A DNA stretch of 64,000 nt from Eledone cirrhosa (taxonomy: Eukaryota). Below the pieces are notes generated by a model that was given only the letters and a program-made list of their open reading frames with translations, searched no databases and had not been told where the DNA came from. Where the stretch lies: contig OZ024749.1 of assembly GCA_964016885.1 (NCBI GenBank), positions 53,630,001 through 53,694,000 on the forward strand, in the 5' to 3' direction. Both the position numbers and the translations under genes were made by a program. Shown here piece by piece: positions 51,321 to 64,000 of this stretch (positions are counted from its first letter, which is position 1; every line of letters starts with the position of its first letter).

Positions 51321-54129
51321 ATATGTATGTATGTCTGCATGCATGTGTGTGTGTGCAAATATGGATGCTATTGTATGTGTGGATGTTTTGAGTTGTATGT
51401 GTGCATGTGTATATGCTTAGTATCTGTACATGTATATATGCAGTTATTAGATGCAGAATTTTGGGAATGTTTTACATATTTTTACTGTTCCATTAATGGA
51501 TTGTACTTGTAATTTCCTAACTAGTTGTGTTCTTTCTGTTTATGTGAAGCCCAGCTTCTCAAGATTTGTATTGAGGCAGTTACTAACATATCCCAGTGCC
51601 CTAATAGTCACAGGTATATGTATGTAATAGGGGTGGCGGTGGAATAAACGGAGTGGGGTGGAACAAGCTGCAGGAGTAGCGGTGGAATAAGTGGGGAGTG
51701 TTGGAAAATTGGTAATTTTTCTAGGTTGTCTCCATTGATATTGAGATAACAACTTCTTTTTGCATCTTTTAAGGGTCTTTACCCAATTTTATAGCATCTC
51801 TGCGAATGTGCACATCATTCTTACTATTGTTTTTAATATGCAAAATTTAGTGCAAATGAAATTCATCTGGTCATGGTTGAGAAGAGTTTGACCCACTTTG
51901 AAGTATTACTCATCTAATTGTGACAATCTCTTTACACAAACACCCTGTATCATATTACAATTACACTGCATAGTACTAAATATTTTAGCCAACACTACTC
52001 TAGGTGTTGTTAGTTAATTTTAGGAGCTCGTTTACAGAAAACGAGACTAATCAATTACAATTAATGTTAAAATCAATATATTGTTATACTTTGGCAGAGT
52101 CATGTTGCCAATCAATATACTTGGAAAAAACTTATCACAACAAAATTACCGCCTTGATTTCACTGTGAAGATCAGTAGCGTGGACTTCTAGAAGAGTGAA
52201 GCCAGCAAAAGTCTGCCATGATTCAGGGATCAACTCACCCTTGGTACCTTATTTTAATAATAGTCATCACTTGATAAAATCTTTCACCGTGCTCATCACT
52301 GATCTTACCCAAGCCCAACTTCATTCAATGAATCTCTCAACATTTGATTCTTCATCAATTCTATGACTGGATGCCCTTCCTAATGCCAACCACATTTACA
52401 GTGTGGACTGGGTGCTTTTTACCGTGTCTCCTATACGGCCACTTTACAATGTGGACTGGTTGTTTTTGTGATACCAACATAACTTTACAGAGTAAGGGTG
52501 GTGTGGGAAGAAGTGGGAAGGTAGTGTAAAGGTGTGGGGGTGTATAGTGGATTAAGAGGTGCCTTCAGAGTGTATGTTTAATTTGGTGCGCAAAGGAAGA
52601 TAAGTCTTCTGTATTACTGCACAACGCCAATGATGTCAAGTGTGCAAGGTCAGCTTTTATCACCTCGTCCCAGGTCTTCCTACTTCACAGCTTCCATCAA
52701 TTTCGATTGCCCTGCACTTTTTTTAGAATGTAAAGGGCCGTAACTCTTTGCTGCAAAGCATGGCGTCCGACCCTCTACCAATCCACGCAAGACGTTAAAA
52801 TAATAATAATAATGATTTCTTTATTAACCACAAAGGGTTAACATTAAGAAAAACTTTATGATGGCACAGGACGAGAACATAGTTTGTGTGAATGTTTGTT
52901 GGTGGGTTTTTCTTGTAAAAAAATTTAACAATAAGGAAAAAGAAAAGTAAACAACAAAAATGTTTATTGTTTACTTTTCTTTTTCACTATTGTTAAATTT
53001 GTTTACAGGGCAATAATAATAACATTCATTTTTAACAGGAAAATAAAAAGAAATGACTTCTACTTACGGCAGAAAGGGGTAGATCTTTCTGCTACTATTC
53101 CTCTTCTTCCTACCTTTTCATCCCCCACCATATCCACCTCCCCCTTAATTGACTCATATGTCTTCTTCCTCTCTCCTTGAAGCCACCGCACCCTCTACAA
53201 TGTGATCTGATTTGTTTATTTCCATGAATTTTGATTCTAGTTATTCAAATAATAATAATAAAAACGAAGACAACATTTTAAACAAACAAACAAGAAAAGT
53301 TAGAATACATTGGACAATACGTGTCACCTACATGGTTACACAGAAAGTTAATGGTCACTCACACAATCCACATTTAAAAAAATAATTTTTCTTCGTTTTC
53401 ATATTTCTCTTCCTTTATTTCTTTAACATTGTCACGGTAACACATTATTGGAGGGGAGGGGGGAGGGTAACCCCCCACCCCCTCCACCACCACTGTAGTA
53501 CTTGGTGGGGGTGGTGTTAACCCCCCTCCACCACCACTAGTACTTGAAGGGGGGGGGTGTTAAACCCCCTGGAACTAGAATTTCTCAAGTTACTAATTTC
53601 CTTGAAATTATGAAGGTTTACTTAACTGTTGGACATTTCAGAAAGATGAGAGGGTAGATGTTGTTGTTATTGTTTCTGATTTGGACACGAGGCCAACAAT
53701 TTTTTGTGGGGAGGGGAAAGTCAATTAAATTGACCCCAGAACGTTACTGGTACTATATTTTATCTTGGTGGGATTTGAACCCATAAAGTAAAGAGCCATA
53801 ACTATTCCACAAAGCATGTCCGACGCTCTGCTGATTCACCGTCCTAATAATAATGTTTCTACTTTTGGCACAAGGCCAGTAATTACTGGTACTTTATTTT
53901 ATCGACCCCGTAAGGATGAAAGGCAAAGTGAACCTCGACGGGATTTGAACTCAGACTGTAATGGGATGTAACTAATAATATGCAAGCGTGGAAGATGGAC
54001 GTTAAACGACGATGATGATGATGACAATACAATGCAGAACATAACTGGTATAAACACAAACCGCAGTAACCGAGGACTGAAAGTGTAACAATTCACTGTG
54101 ATTTTACCATCCACACAGACCACACTGTT

Positions 54130-54690
54130 AATGCAAACCACTGATATTATTAAAGATTTAACAAACGATCTGCTTACTCATTGCCATGACTGTACCATCT
54201 GCTAGAAATGTGTCAGCAAAAGAGTTTGAAAAACTTGCTAAATATAAAGATCTAGAAATTGAGATAAACAGAATGTGGCCCCTTAAAACACAAACTATTC
54301 CGGTAGTGATAGGAGATCTAGATGTCATAAAGAAAGGTGTTCACAAGTTTCTAGAAAATATACTTGGTAACCCTAGCATCTATGAAATCCAAAAGATAGT
54401 TCTAATAATTATCACCCACATACTTCGTAAATGTTTGTTTTTGTAATATATGTCAACACAATGTTCTCTGTTTAATTGTTAATTAATATTTAATACCAAT
54501 CATATATCTTTAATACAAAATAAATTCATATCTTTTAAACACCTTCATACTTCTTTTTATCTTCAATCAACTTTTGTGATGTGACTTAAGTAAATGTGAG
54601 GACAGAAATATAAATAAAAACCTGGGAAAATCAGTAAAGTCTGCCCTGAGTATCTGGTTGATACTCTCTAGTCATTGAATATAAAGCAAA
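54130..54690 (+). mobile_element. R4/Dong-like non-LTR 3' fragment (REL endonuclease end)
   Basis: KEFEKLAKYKDLEIEINRMW...TIPVVIG...IQKIVL; related minus-strand relic at 39900-40420. Confidence 0.7.
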
Positions 54691-55475
54691 GGAAAATATA
54701 ATAATAATCGTTTCTACTTTAGGCACAAGGCAACATTTTGGGGGAGGAGCAAGTCAATCAAATCGACCCCAGTGCGTGACTGGTATTTTATTTTATCAAC
54801 CAACCCCGTAAGGATGAAAGGCAAAGCTAACTTCAGTGGGATTATGAATTATGTAGATGGAGGACTGAGATGTGAGAATACCTGAGTCTTCAGCTCACAT
54901 CCTGAAACTAATCCTACTAAATATACTTTGCTGATACTCAAATTATCCAGTCCATCTAGATATCAGTTGACACCACAATCAGTACATCAGTTGCTTGAGC
55001 TTACACATATAACATGTATATGGGTGTGTATGTATGTGCTGTCCCTGAGGGAGTTGTAGGAAAGTCACATTGACATATAATGTTTCTAGGGCATTTTTTA
55101 AAACCTAAGAGAGCCCATCTCTCCAGGTACCTCATTTGTTTGCAAAGTTTTCTATGACTGGATGCTACATACACACACAACTGAAACTTGTGCCATGCTG
55201 TTCAATCTTCATTTTGTTTCATCCTGCACACATGTTGGAGGTGTCTTTTGTAGTGTGACAAATAATCACTGGTCACCTTGATCCTGTTACATCTTTGTCA
55301 GCCTTCACCATACTGTCAGACTTTTCATAGATGTCTTCACATCATTTAACAATAAAAAATCAAAACAAAACAAAGAAAATCAATAGATTAAAAAGAAATC
55401 AAGACCAACACACAAAATTGCACATGGAGAACGCCTTGTTTTATTGACTGTGGCCATCAGTCATGCTGTAGTAGA

Positions 55476-55712
55476 CATGAGTTAGACATGGGCTAAACAT
55501 GAGCCAGACATGAGTCATACATATGCTACATTTGAGGCAGGCATGAGCTAAACATGAGTCATACATAAGCCTCATTTGAGTCAGACATGAACTAGTCATG
55601 AACCTGACACAAGCTACATATGAGCCTGACATGAGCTATATATGAGCCAGACGAGCTATATGTGGACCTGAAATGAGCTATATTTGAGCCAGACATGAGC
55701 TAGTCATGAGCT
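55476..55712. repeat. Degenerate 11-bp tandem repeat (CATGAGCCAGA)
   Basis: About 20 diverged units. Confidence 0.8.
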
Positions 55713-58091
55713 ACTGTACATGATAGAAGAGACCATCCGGCAGGAGGCAAGTGACTGTTTTTTTTTATAATTATTATTATTATTAGTCAGGGTCAGTAAA
55801 GCCGGGAGGGAGAGGGGTGTGTGGAGCAGATAGACAAATAGTTGCCGTCTGTCCTAAGTCCCACAGAAATGGCAATGGCCATATATTTATTTATTTATAT
55901 ATATTTTTTTCATAAATGTTCAACCAAACGTAACACATAGAACTAAGCAACATTGTTTGCCACAGACATATTTGAAGACCAGAGGAGAGGGGGGGGGGGG
56001 GGAATTTTATTTCATTTCATTTCCAATCTTTTTTGTTTTGTTTTTGGATGGAGAAGGGGAAGGGCGGAAATTTATTTATTTTATTGTTGCTGAAACTGAG
56101 TTTGCCAGTGCTGCCAATCTAAGTGGTTTGCTAGATGTAATATGTGTGTGTGTGTGTAAGTTTGTGTGTGTGTGTTTGACCTTAAATTCCATGTATTTTA
56201 TGTTTTTTTACTACAAATTGAGGAGCAACGATATATGATATACGATATATTACAACTCACTTAGAAATATCTATTTCTGGAGGATGGTTAAATTATTTAT
56301 TTCAACAGTAAGATATGTCAGAATGATATTCTATAAACAACGGTACACATACACCGATACATACACATACACACACATAACTTAAAAGATATCACATTGT
56401 TTCACTATTATTTTCATTTAGAGTTATTGTTTTTAAAATCTAATCTATGTTTGAGATCATTATTTATAAATAGAGTGAGGACCTCTCTGATGATGGGTTT
56501 CCACCGAGAAAGTCCCTCTCTGAGGCAAAAGCCAGGGCAAGGTGTTTTTGTGGAAGACCAGCAGTCACCCATGCATACCAGTTTCTCGTCTCTATGCCAT
56601 CAATGTTGTCCAAGTGAAAGGCAATGGCCGATACAGCTTGGAACCAGTGACATCACAGATTGTTTTTACAGCTGAGTGGACTGGAGCAGCATGAAATAAA
56701 ATGTCTTGCTCAAGGACACAACACTCTGCCTGGTCCAGGAATCAAACTCACAACCTCATGTATTGTGAGTCCAACACCCTAACCACTAAGCCACACACCT
56801 TCACATTATTTATACAGCTAAACATCAACACTTACATTCACTCACAACTTTTTACAACATTTCTAACATTAAAAATTAAATTAATAAACTCTTGTGGAAG
56901 CCTTAGTGGACAAATTGTTTTATCAATCAGGATATGAAAAATAATGTTTTCCTTTGTAAATTAAACCTATACAGAAAATGTCAGTCCCTAAACTTTAAAT
57001 AAGAATAGTTCTTTTTTTTAAAATCATCTATGTAAAATTTCTAGTTTCTAGTTCCGTAACTCCTGAGGGAATAGTAGGGACACTGTATTGACATACAACA
57101 TTTGTAGGGCATTTCTTAAACCTAGCGGAGCCCATCTCATCTCCAGGTCTGAATACAGCACATTTCTTCCAGAGAGTGAGAGAATGGAAGTGAGAAAGAC
57201 ATATTAGAGGAAGAATTGACCCCAGTACTTGACTGGTACTTTTTTTTTTTATCAACCTTGAATCAATGAAAGGCAAAGTTGACCTCCTATGTAAAATTAG
57301 TTGATTAAAGAAAAATAGTTTAAAACAAAATGACCACAATTAAAATTAAATTCTTTTGTAAACTAATTAAATGTTAGCAATAGCTAAACATGTCGAAACT
57401 TTAAGAAATTATTTTATGGTAGAAATCTACGAAATTAAATTGTTTGGAATTCAATATTTTCAAAAAGACAAGAATTGAAATAATTTACCAAAAGAGAAAT
57501 CTTTGTATGGATAGTTCCTTCAGCTTAATAGAGAGTTTTGTTGTTGTTATAGCTCACACATAGGTTTCTTGGGTGTTTTCATGTTAGTATCAACAGTCCT
57601 ATCATTAATAAATACCTTCCTAGTTTTGACAGCAGTCAGTTGCAAGGGTTAACCCCAGTTGCTGTTGGTACTAACTACTCTTTTTTTACAGTTGATTGGA
57701 CTGAAGCACCATGAAATGAAGAACCTTGTTTAAGGACACAACACATGCTGCCCAGTCCAAAAATCAAACCCACAATCTTATGATCATGAGCTCAACACCC
57801 TAACAACAATGTGTCTTCACTAGTAGTAGTAGTCAAGTGTAATAAATAGACTGGCTAGAACACAAGACACTGACTCACCACATGATTTCCATTAGATTTT
57901 AAATGTTGTATAAATTAATAAATAAACTATCTACAACCAGAAATCTACAACAGAAGACTTGTTTGAGGGTCAATTCTATAGAAATCTTTAGGTTAAAGCT
58001 AGATACACAAAGATTTGTGTTTACATTTTTACTCTTTTACCTGTTTCAGCTGACAGACTGAGGCTGTGTTGGGGCACAGCTACTCGAAAAA

Positions 58092-58208
58092 GACACAGCA
58101 CCTAGGTTTCCCAAGTGGTCACCCATCTAAGTATTAACTAAGTTTGACACTGCTTAACTTCGGTGATCGGTCAAGAACTGGTGTTTTCAGTGTGATATGG
58201 CCGTTTGT
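58092..58208 (-). rRNA. Dispersed, diverged 5S rRNA copy (probable pseudogene)
   Basis: Reverse complement ACGGCCATATCACACTGAAAACACCAGTTCTTGACCGATCACCGAAGTTAAGCAG...GATGGGTGACCACTTGGGAA...GGTGCTGT follows the metazoan 5S consensus over its full length, followed by a T5 run; many substitutions. Confidence 0.85.
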
Positions 58209-60279
58209 TTGTCTTTTCATTTTATTTAATTTAAAATTAAATTTGATATTTATATTTGTTGTTTTTTTAATGTATGATGGCAGGGGAAAGTGCAAGATGA
58301 GATGCAACTTAGCAGGAAAATATACAACCATGAGCAATGTTGCATATCTGTGCAGTGACTGTATTGATGACATATACATCAAAATATTGCTGCTCAGTAG
58401 CTTTGAATTAGCATCAAACATTCTGCTTGTTGGTTAGAAACTTTACAGAGAAAGTTGACCATGAGATGTGCATCAGAAATACAAATCTGAATTGCATGTT
58501 GCATCATTAATAGCAGAGAGTATTTATTAAAAATTGACAGAGAATTAAAAAATCAGCAGCTTAATAGAGTTGTTGTTGTTTTGTTAACCAAACCAAAGCA
58601 AAAAAATATTGATATTAAGGTGACAGAAAGAATACTAAAATAATTAAATTGTTTGAATATCGACAGTTAGTGGGGTGGACAATGGACAAATAAACAAAAA
58701 AATAGAGGGTTGTAAAAACTAACTTAAGTGTAAGTTGTGTGGACGGAAAAATAGAGAAAAACAAATCTTGAAAACTACGTTTGCAGTTTAAATCTTAACA
58801 TCTTGTAATGATTTAGTACAAAATATCTAACCCTCGCCCAAATAAAAAAAACGTTTATTAACTCTTAAAGTGTTATTTGTATCATTTGAAACTGCATTAG
58901 CAATAATTTCTTGAAAACTACAAAATGGCAATAATGTTTGCATCACAAGTTAAAGTCTTTACTTTAATATTGTAAATTTTCACCACAATCTCTCCACTAG
59001 TAAAGATACTATAAATATTTAAATTAACAAATGTTTTTAAATATTATTTTTGCTTCATCATTATGAGATGTTTAAACTTAATTCAAATGCTTAAAGTATC
59101 TTTGTTAGTCGACAGATCATTTATTGTGAAAATCTGCAATAAAGTAAAGAGTTTAATGTTTTGTGATTTAGTCATTAGTGTTTACAACAAATCTTTTGTT
59201 TTATATATCATAATTGATATTTAGAACGAGTCAAGCTAATGGTACCAGATATCATTTAGGAATATTTAAAACAGAATAGTTTCACAGACTTGCATTAAAA
59301 AAAAATAAAAACAATTTATTTAACAAGTAAGAATCAAGACAGTCTGTGAAAAAACGGTGGAACTTTATATTTTTAAAGTTAATAATGGAAAGTTTATATG
59401 TAAATTAAGTAAAGTTACCTAACCCTAACTATTGTGTTGTCAGTACACACAATCAGCTTTTAAAAGGTGGTTTTTAATATATTATCTTCATAGAAGTATA
59501 TATTTATTTGTTTATGCAGTTTGTGAATCTTATATGTATTTTTAAAGGAGAATGAAAATATATTAGACAAGTAGACATATAATCATCAATGTTTTAAAAG
59601 TTTTTTTTTAAAAAGTGTTGATCCAGGAACAGTGCCCCAGCACAGCCGTAGACTAATGACTGAAACTAATAAAAGAGGATATACATTAAAATCTTTCTCA
59701 GACTTTTAGACTTATTAGACCAGAGTTTATCCCAGTTTCATTGGTGACAGAGTACAACTCTCCCCTGGATGAGAAGACAGTATGTCACATGTTTTAAACC
59801 CCAGCCATTACTGCTGCTAACATATCACTCCAGTCAAGTTGACTGGAGTGATATGTAAAATGAAGTGTTTTGCTCAAGGACATAATGTGCCTCTTGATCA
59901 ATGAATCAAAGCCACAACATTACCATCATGAGTGCAACACTGTAAACAGTTGGCCGGACACACACCTTCATAGGAGTTCAAGAAAGGAGAAATCAACAAA
60001 AAGAAACAAGAAAGAATCAAGAAGAATATGAAAATGGAAATAAGGAAGAAATAATTGTAAAGTAACAAAGAGAAATTGAAGTTAAATTAGATAGACTAGA
60101 ACTAGATAAAAATGAAGAATTTTAACTGGTTATTGAGAGAGGGAAGAAAGTGAAAGAGAATGGAAGAAAGAGAGAATTGTGAATGTCTGCATGTGTGTGT
60201 GTGTGTTAAAGATGGAAGCAAATAAAGAAAGAAAGATCTAATAGCAGTTGTGTAGATAAGAGTTGGGGTTGGTGAGGTA

Positions 60280-60382
60280 AACATAGATGGCACCGATCTT
60301 GACCAACATAGATGGCACCGATCTTGACCTAATATAGATGGCACCGATCTTGACCAAACATAGATGCACCGATCTTGACCAA
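60280..60382. repeat. 25-26-bp tandem repeat, 4 copies
   Basis: ACATAGATGGCACCGATCTTGACCAA. Confidence 0.9.
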
Positions 60383-61171
60383 ATCTAAGGAGCAAGAAAG
60401 ATGTAAGGGACTAAAGACTAAAGAACAACAAAAAATGGTTTTTAATTTAGACACAAGGCCAGCAACGTTGACAGTGGGGTGAGGGATATAGTTAACTTGA
60501 CCCTCCCTTCCCCCAGTATTTGATTGACATTTTATCTTATCCCCCCCCCCCCCAGACACACACACCCCGAAGGATGAAGGGGAAAGTTGTAGACATCAGT
60601 CGGATTTGAAGAAACTAGAATGTAAAAGACATGTTAACGAAATACCAAAAAAGTATTTTGTCCTACACCACTAACGATTCTACCAAACCACTAACGATTC
60701 TATGAAACCACTAACGAGTCTACCAAACACTAATAAATTAGCAGAAGGGTTCTACATGTGTGTTTTGTTGTTGTTGTTGTATTGATATGAACATCTTTGG
60801 TAAACCACACGAAGACAGGTTGTGCAGGTGAACATAAACTACTGTAGCTTCATAGACAGACAGACAAACTTCTATTTCAAATGAGCTGCGCAACATTTTA
60901 AAAATAAATAGTGTTTTATTTGTGTGTGTGTGTGAGAGAGAGTGTGAATGAGTGTTTGTTTGTGTGTGACTGTATCAAAGTAAATGTGTGTCACTATGTT
61001 TGTAGTCCTAAGAATGTCAGAATATGTGTAGGTGTAGGTCAAGGAGTGTCAGAATGTGTGTGTGTGTGTGAGTGGGTCAATGACTGTCAGTGTGTGTGTG
61101 TGTTGAAGTGGCAAAAAAAAAAAAAACAATTGCCAAAGCAAAGGAGTAGTAGTGGGAGGAGTGTAGCAGAT

Positions 61172-61386
61172 TCAAATGGTTGTTTTCGGTGCATAGTCTT
61201 TAGCGTGGGGATTCAAGTTTGATTTCACAATCACATCTTCCTTGGTATATTTGCTGGTGAACAATGGAGACGAATCTGTAGATGCATGAAGACCATTAAA
61301 TGTGTTAGTTGATGGTAGGAGAGCCATCGTTTCTGCCATTTTCGATTTTATGTCTGTTATTTCCAATTCTTTTTTCTGTACAATAT
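61172..61386 (-). CDS. MACO1: Macoilin terminal exon (IVQKKELEITDIKSKMAETMALLP...YAPKTTI*)
   Basis: ttcag acceptor, stop TGA at 61174-61172. Confidence 0.9.
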
Positions 61387-63281
61387 CTGAAAATAATAAA
61401 AATAAATAAATAAAATATTGAAAAATGAATTTGGTGTCAGGAAGGAGATCCAGCTGTAGAAACTGAGCCAAAATTACAGATCTGTATGAACATGCATGAC
61501 ATGGTCTCCTCCAGACCAGACTTTGTCTCAAATCATGACAACCTGTCTAACCCATGCAAGTGTGGAAAAGTAAATGATGATGATGATGATGATGATGAAT
61601 TGCATTTTTCTGTTATAAGAGGCTTATATACCCAACTTAACTATTTTTCTGTCGGTCTCTCTTGCGGGTGTTCAACAATTCATGAATATGTTTCAAATAG
61701 AACTGGGTTTTTTTTTTGTTCTTTATGTTTGGTTTTAACTTAATATCCTGTACTGATTTAACCCTTTCATTGCCATATTTCTAATGAAATATACTGTATT
61801 TAAACAGTTTCATGTAGTACAGGATGTTAAGAATCAAATAGAAAGATTATATCATTATCATCATCATTACATCCGTTTTCTATACTGGTTTAGATAAGAC
61901 AGGTCTTACCTCACACATTCCATAATTTGCATGGTTTGTATAAATGTACACCCTTCCTAACTCTAGCCACTTAACTATTCATCTCAATATCACCACACTG
62001 TCCCTATCATTTATTATCTTCAATTGAAACCAATTTTTAAAAAAAACTTACTTTTCAGAATTTCAATTTCCCGTTTAGCTTCCCCAAGTGCAGAAAATAA
62101 ATCCAATTTTAATCGGGTTTCTGCACTCAGGCTGTTTTCGAGATGTGTATTTTTGTCTTGCATTGCTGCAAGTGCTGACATTAAAATTTCTGAATCACTT
62201 TGGTTTTCTTTGTATTGACGAAGACTCTGAAAATTAAATAAATAAAAAGATATTTTTTTTAAATTCTGTACATTTTCTATAAATTTTCTTTTACTTTGAA
62301 TAAAATTGTTATTTAAATGCTTTAAATTCTATTCTTCTATGTTGTTGTTGTTACAGCTGACATTCATGCAGGTTTACCTGGCCTCCAAATGAATACATCT
62401 CCTAGGTTTCTCAGGTGTTTTAATGATAGGGAGCCCCCTCTTATTCTTTTATATTTTCAACTGAATGCAGAGTGAAAATATTATCAATAGCATGAAAAAA
62501 TAGCAATCAGGGATATTTTAAGGTTACATTAACCAGGAAATTTGGGTATTTTTAGTCACTGATATAGGTTTGCTTTAGCTTGGCTTAATGGCAGGTACTT
62601 TAACTCCTCACCCCACCCCCTGTATCATATATATCAGAAGAGTGTCAGACATAATTGGTTATCATCATTATCATCATCAAAGGCCAGTAGATTGGCAATA
62701 TCAGAAGAACGTCGGACATCTGCAGCAGTTACAGAGATAAAGAATAAAAAAAATATTAGTTACTTGTACTTCTCTTTCTACTTGTCTAAATTGTTCTTCT
62801 CTGATTTTTAATTCTCTTCGCAACTGTTTAAGATCATTTTCAGTGTCTCTTCGTCGAGCTTTGCAGTTTTCTGAACATTCATCTCTGGAAATATATAATA
62901 AAAAAAAAAGAAATAAAAAAAAAAAAAAAGAAATATATATCGTAAATGTAAAATCAACAAAGAGAAATAACCCAAAAAACAATACAATATAATGATGATA
63001 TATTAGATTAACCCTTTAAAATGTGTGGTTTTGTTTCACAGAACTAGAGGTGGTTTTAAGGAAGTAAACAGATGAAAAAGTAATTTTAGAATTTGTTTTA
63101 TTACCTTGCAGCAGCCAACAAAACAGCTCTAGTAGCAGACTCTTCAGCCTTTTTAGCCTTACGTTCAGAAGCCAACTGTTGCTCTATTACACATTTTCCT
63201 TTACGCTCTTCTTGTAATTTACGTTCCAAGATAGAGAGATTCTGTTTGTCTTGTTGTCTGCAGGTCACTAGATTATGTAGT
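61172..63281 (-). CDS. MACO1: Macoilin (TMEM57) C-terminal coiled-coil region, last four exons; gene starts beyond the right edge
   Basis: Exons 63281-63105, 62884-62764, 62226-62052, 61386-61172 join in frame; diagnostic LMSALAAMQDKNTHLENSLSAETRLKLDLFSALGEAKR and C-terminal SNLNPHAKDYAP. Confidence 0.93.
62052..62226 (-). CDS. MACO1: Macoilin exon (SLRQYKENQSDSEILMSAL...LFSALGEAKREIEILK)
   Basis: ttcag acceptor, GTAAGT donor, phase 0-1; most conserved macoilin motif. Confidence 0.93.
62764..62884 (-). CDS. MACO1: Macoilin exon (DECSENCKARRRDTENDLKQLRRELK...EVQ)
   Basis: tccag acceptor, GTAACT donor, phase 2-0. Confidence 0.9.
63105..63281 (-). CDS. MACO1: Macoilin exon (LHNLVTCRQQDKQNLSILERKLQEE...AAAR)
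   Basis: ctcag acceptor, GTAATA donor, phase 2-2. Confidence 0.9.
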
Positions 63282-63301
63282 CTGAGGAAATAATAGTAAT
63301 G

Positions 63302-63392
<91 letters not shown>

Positions 63393-64000
63393 CATACATA
63401 CACACACACTCACACAGAAACCAAGCCAGAAATAGTTCTGTATGAGCAAGACATAGTCATTTGATCTGACTTGCCTCATTACAGGACAACTCGTCTAATA
63501 CATGCTAGCGTGGAAGAATGGACGTTAAACAGTGATGACGATGATGATGATGATATATAGACATGTGATGAACATGGATGATGATCGCTGGATGAAGAAG
63601 TGCCAAGTAATCTGAGAGGAAGGAAGCTGTGGTAGAGGATGACCAAGGAAAACCTGGGTGGAATAATGGAGTTCCAGATCATTTTTTGTATATTCCTCAG
63701 CTTATATTTGGGTATATACAGTATTTCTTATCATTTTTATGTACTCTTATTTCTGACACAAATGTCAACTTTGGCCCCCAATCTTCAACCAAGCTGTTAC
63801 TTATTTCTATTGAATCCTGAAAATATTGATATTGACTAGACCGGGAACTCCTGACCTAGATTGATCAGGTTATTGTTATGGCATGCTACTATGCAGACTT
63901 TAACAGTCTCTTGCAAGATAACATCTTATAGAAGGTTTTAACAATAGGGGAGTATTTACCAATCTTATCAAGGCACCATTGCTTTGATATGATGAGACCA

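Noticed and set aside
51500-52300. Possible highly decayed Penelope-like coding relic (also 31130-31420 and 44390-44600)
   Set aside because: Only faint motif resemblance; too degraded to annotate without a profile search
56488-56525. CTGATGA...GAAA hammerhead candidate (also CTGAGGA at 12492)
   Set aside because: Stem II does not close next to GAAA and no stem I/III pairing could be drawn

Overview
Eukaryotic, AT-rich, repeat-dense animal DNA; the SINE/LINE repertoire suggests an octopod cephalopod (inference). Three spliced protein-coding genes lie on the minus strand, all reconstructed by hand from GT/AG boundaries and reading-frame phase. (1) The last four exons of macoilin (63281-61172). 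(2) A complete 17-coding-exon, about 893-aa type I cytokine-receptor-like gene of gp130/Domeless architecture: signal peptide, Ig-like domain, five FN3-like domains, TM segment, Box1-like motif, Tyr-containing tail (46469-20386; gene A). (3) The first five coding exons of a diverged tandem paralog with matching intron phases that runs off the left edge (6333-784; gene B). The remainder is mariner, hAT, piggyBac-like MITE, RTE, CR1, L1/Tx1, CRE-like, R4-like and Penelope-like relics, two tRNA-derived SINE families, a diverged 5S rRNA copy, and mini/microsatellites. The most unusual non-coding signal is roughly ten minimal type I hammerhead-ribozyme motifs (CUGANGA...GAAA, palindromic stem III) in short modules abutting (TA)n tracts; several are folded into long inverted repeats and several lie sense within the receptor introns. 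No CRISPR or prokaryotic features are supported.
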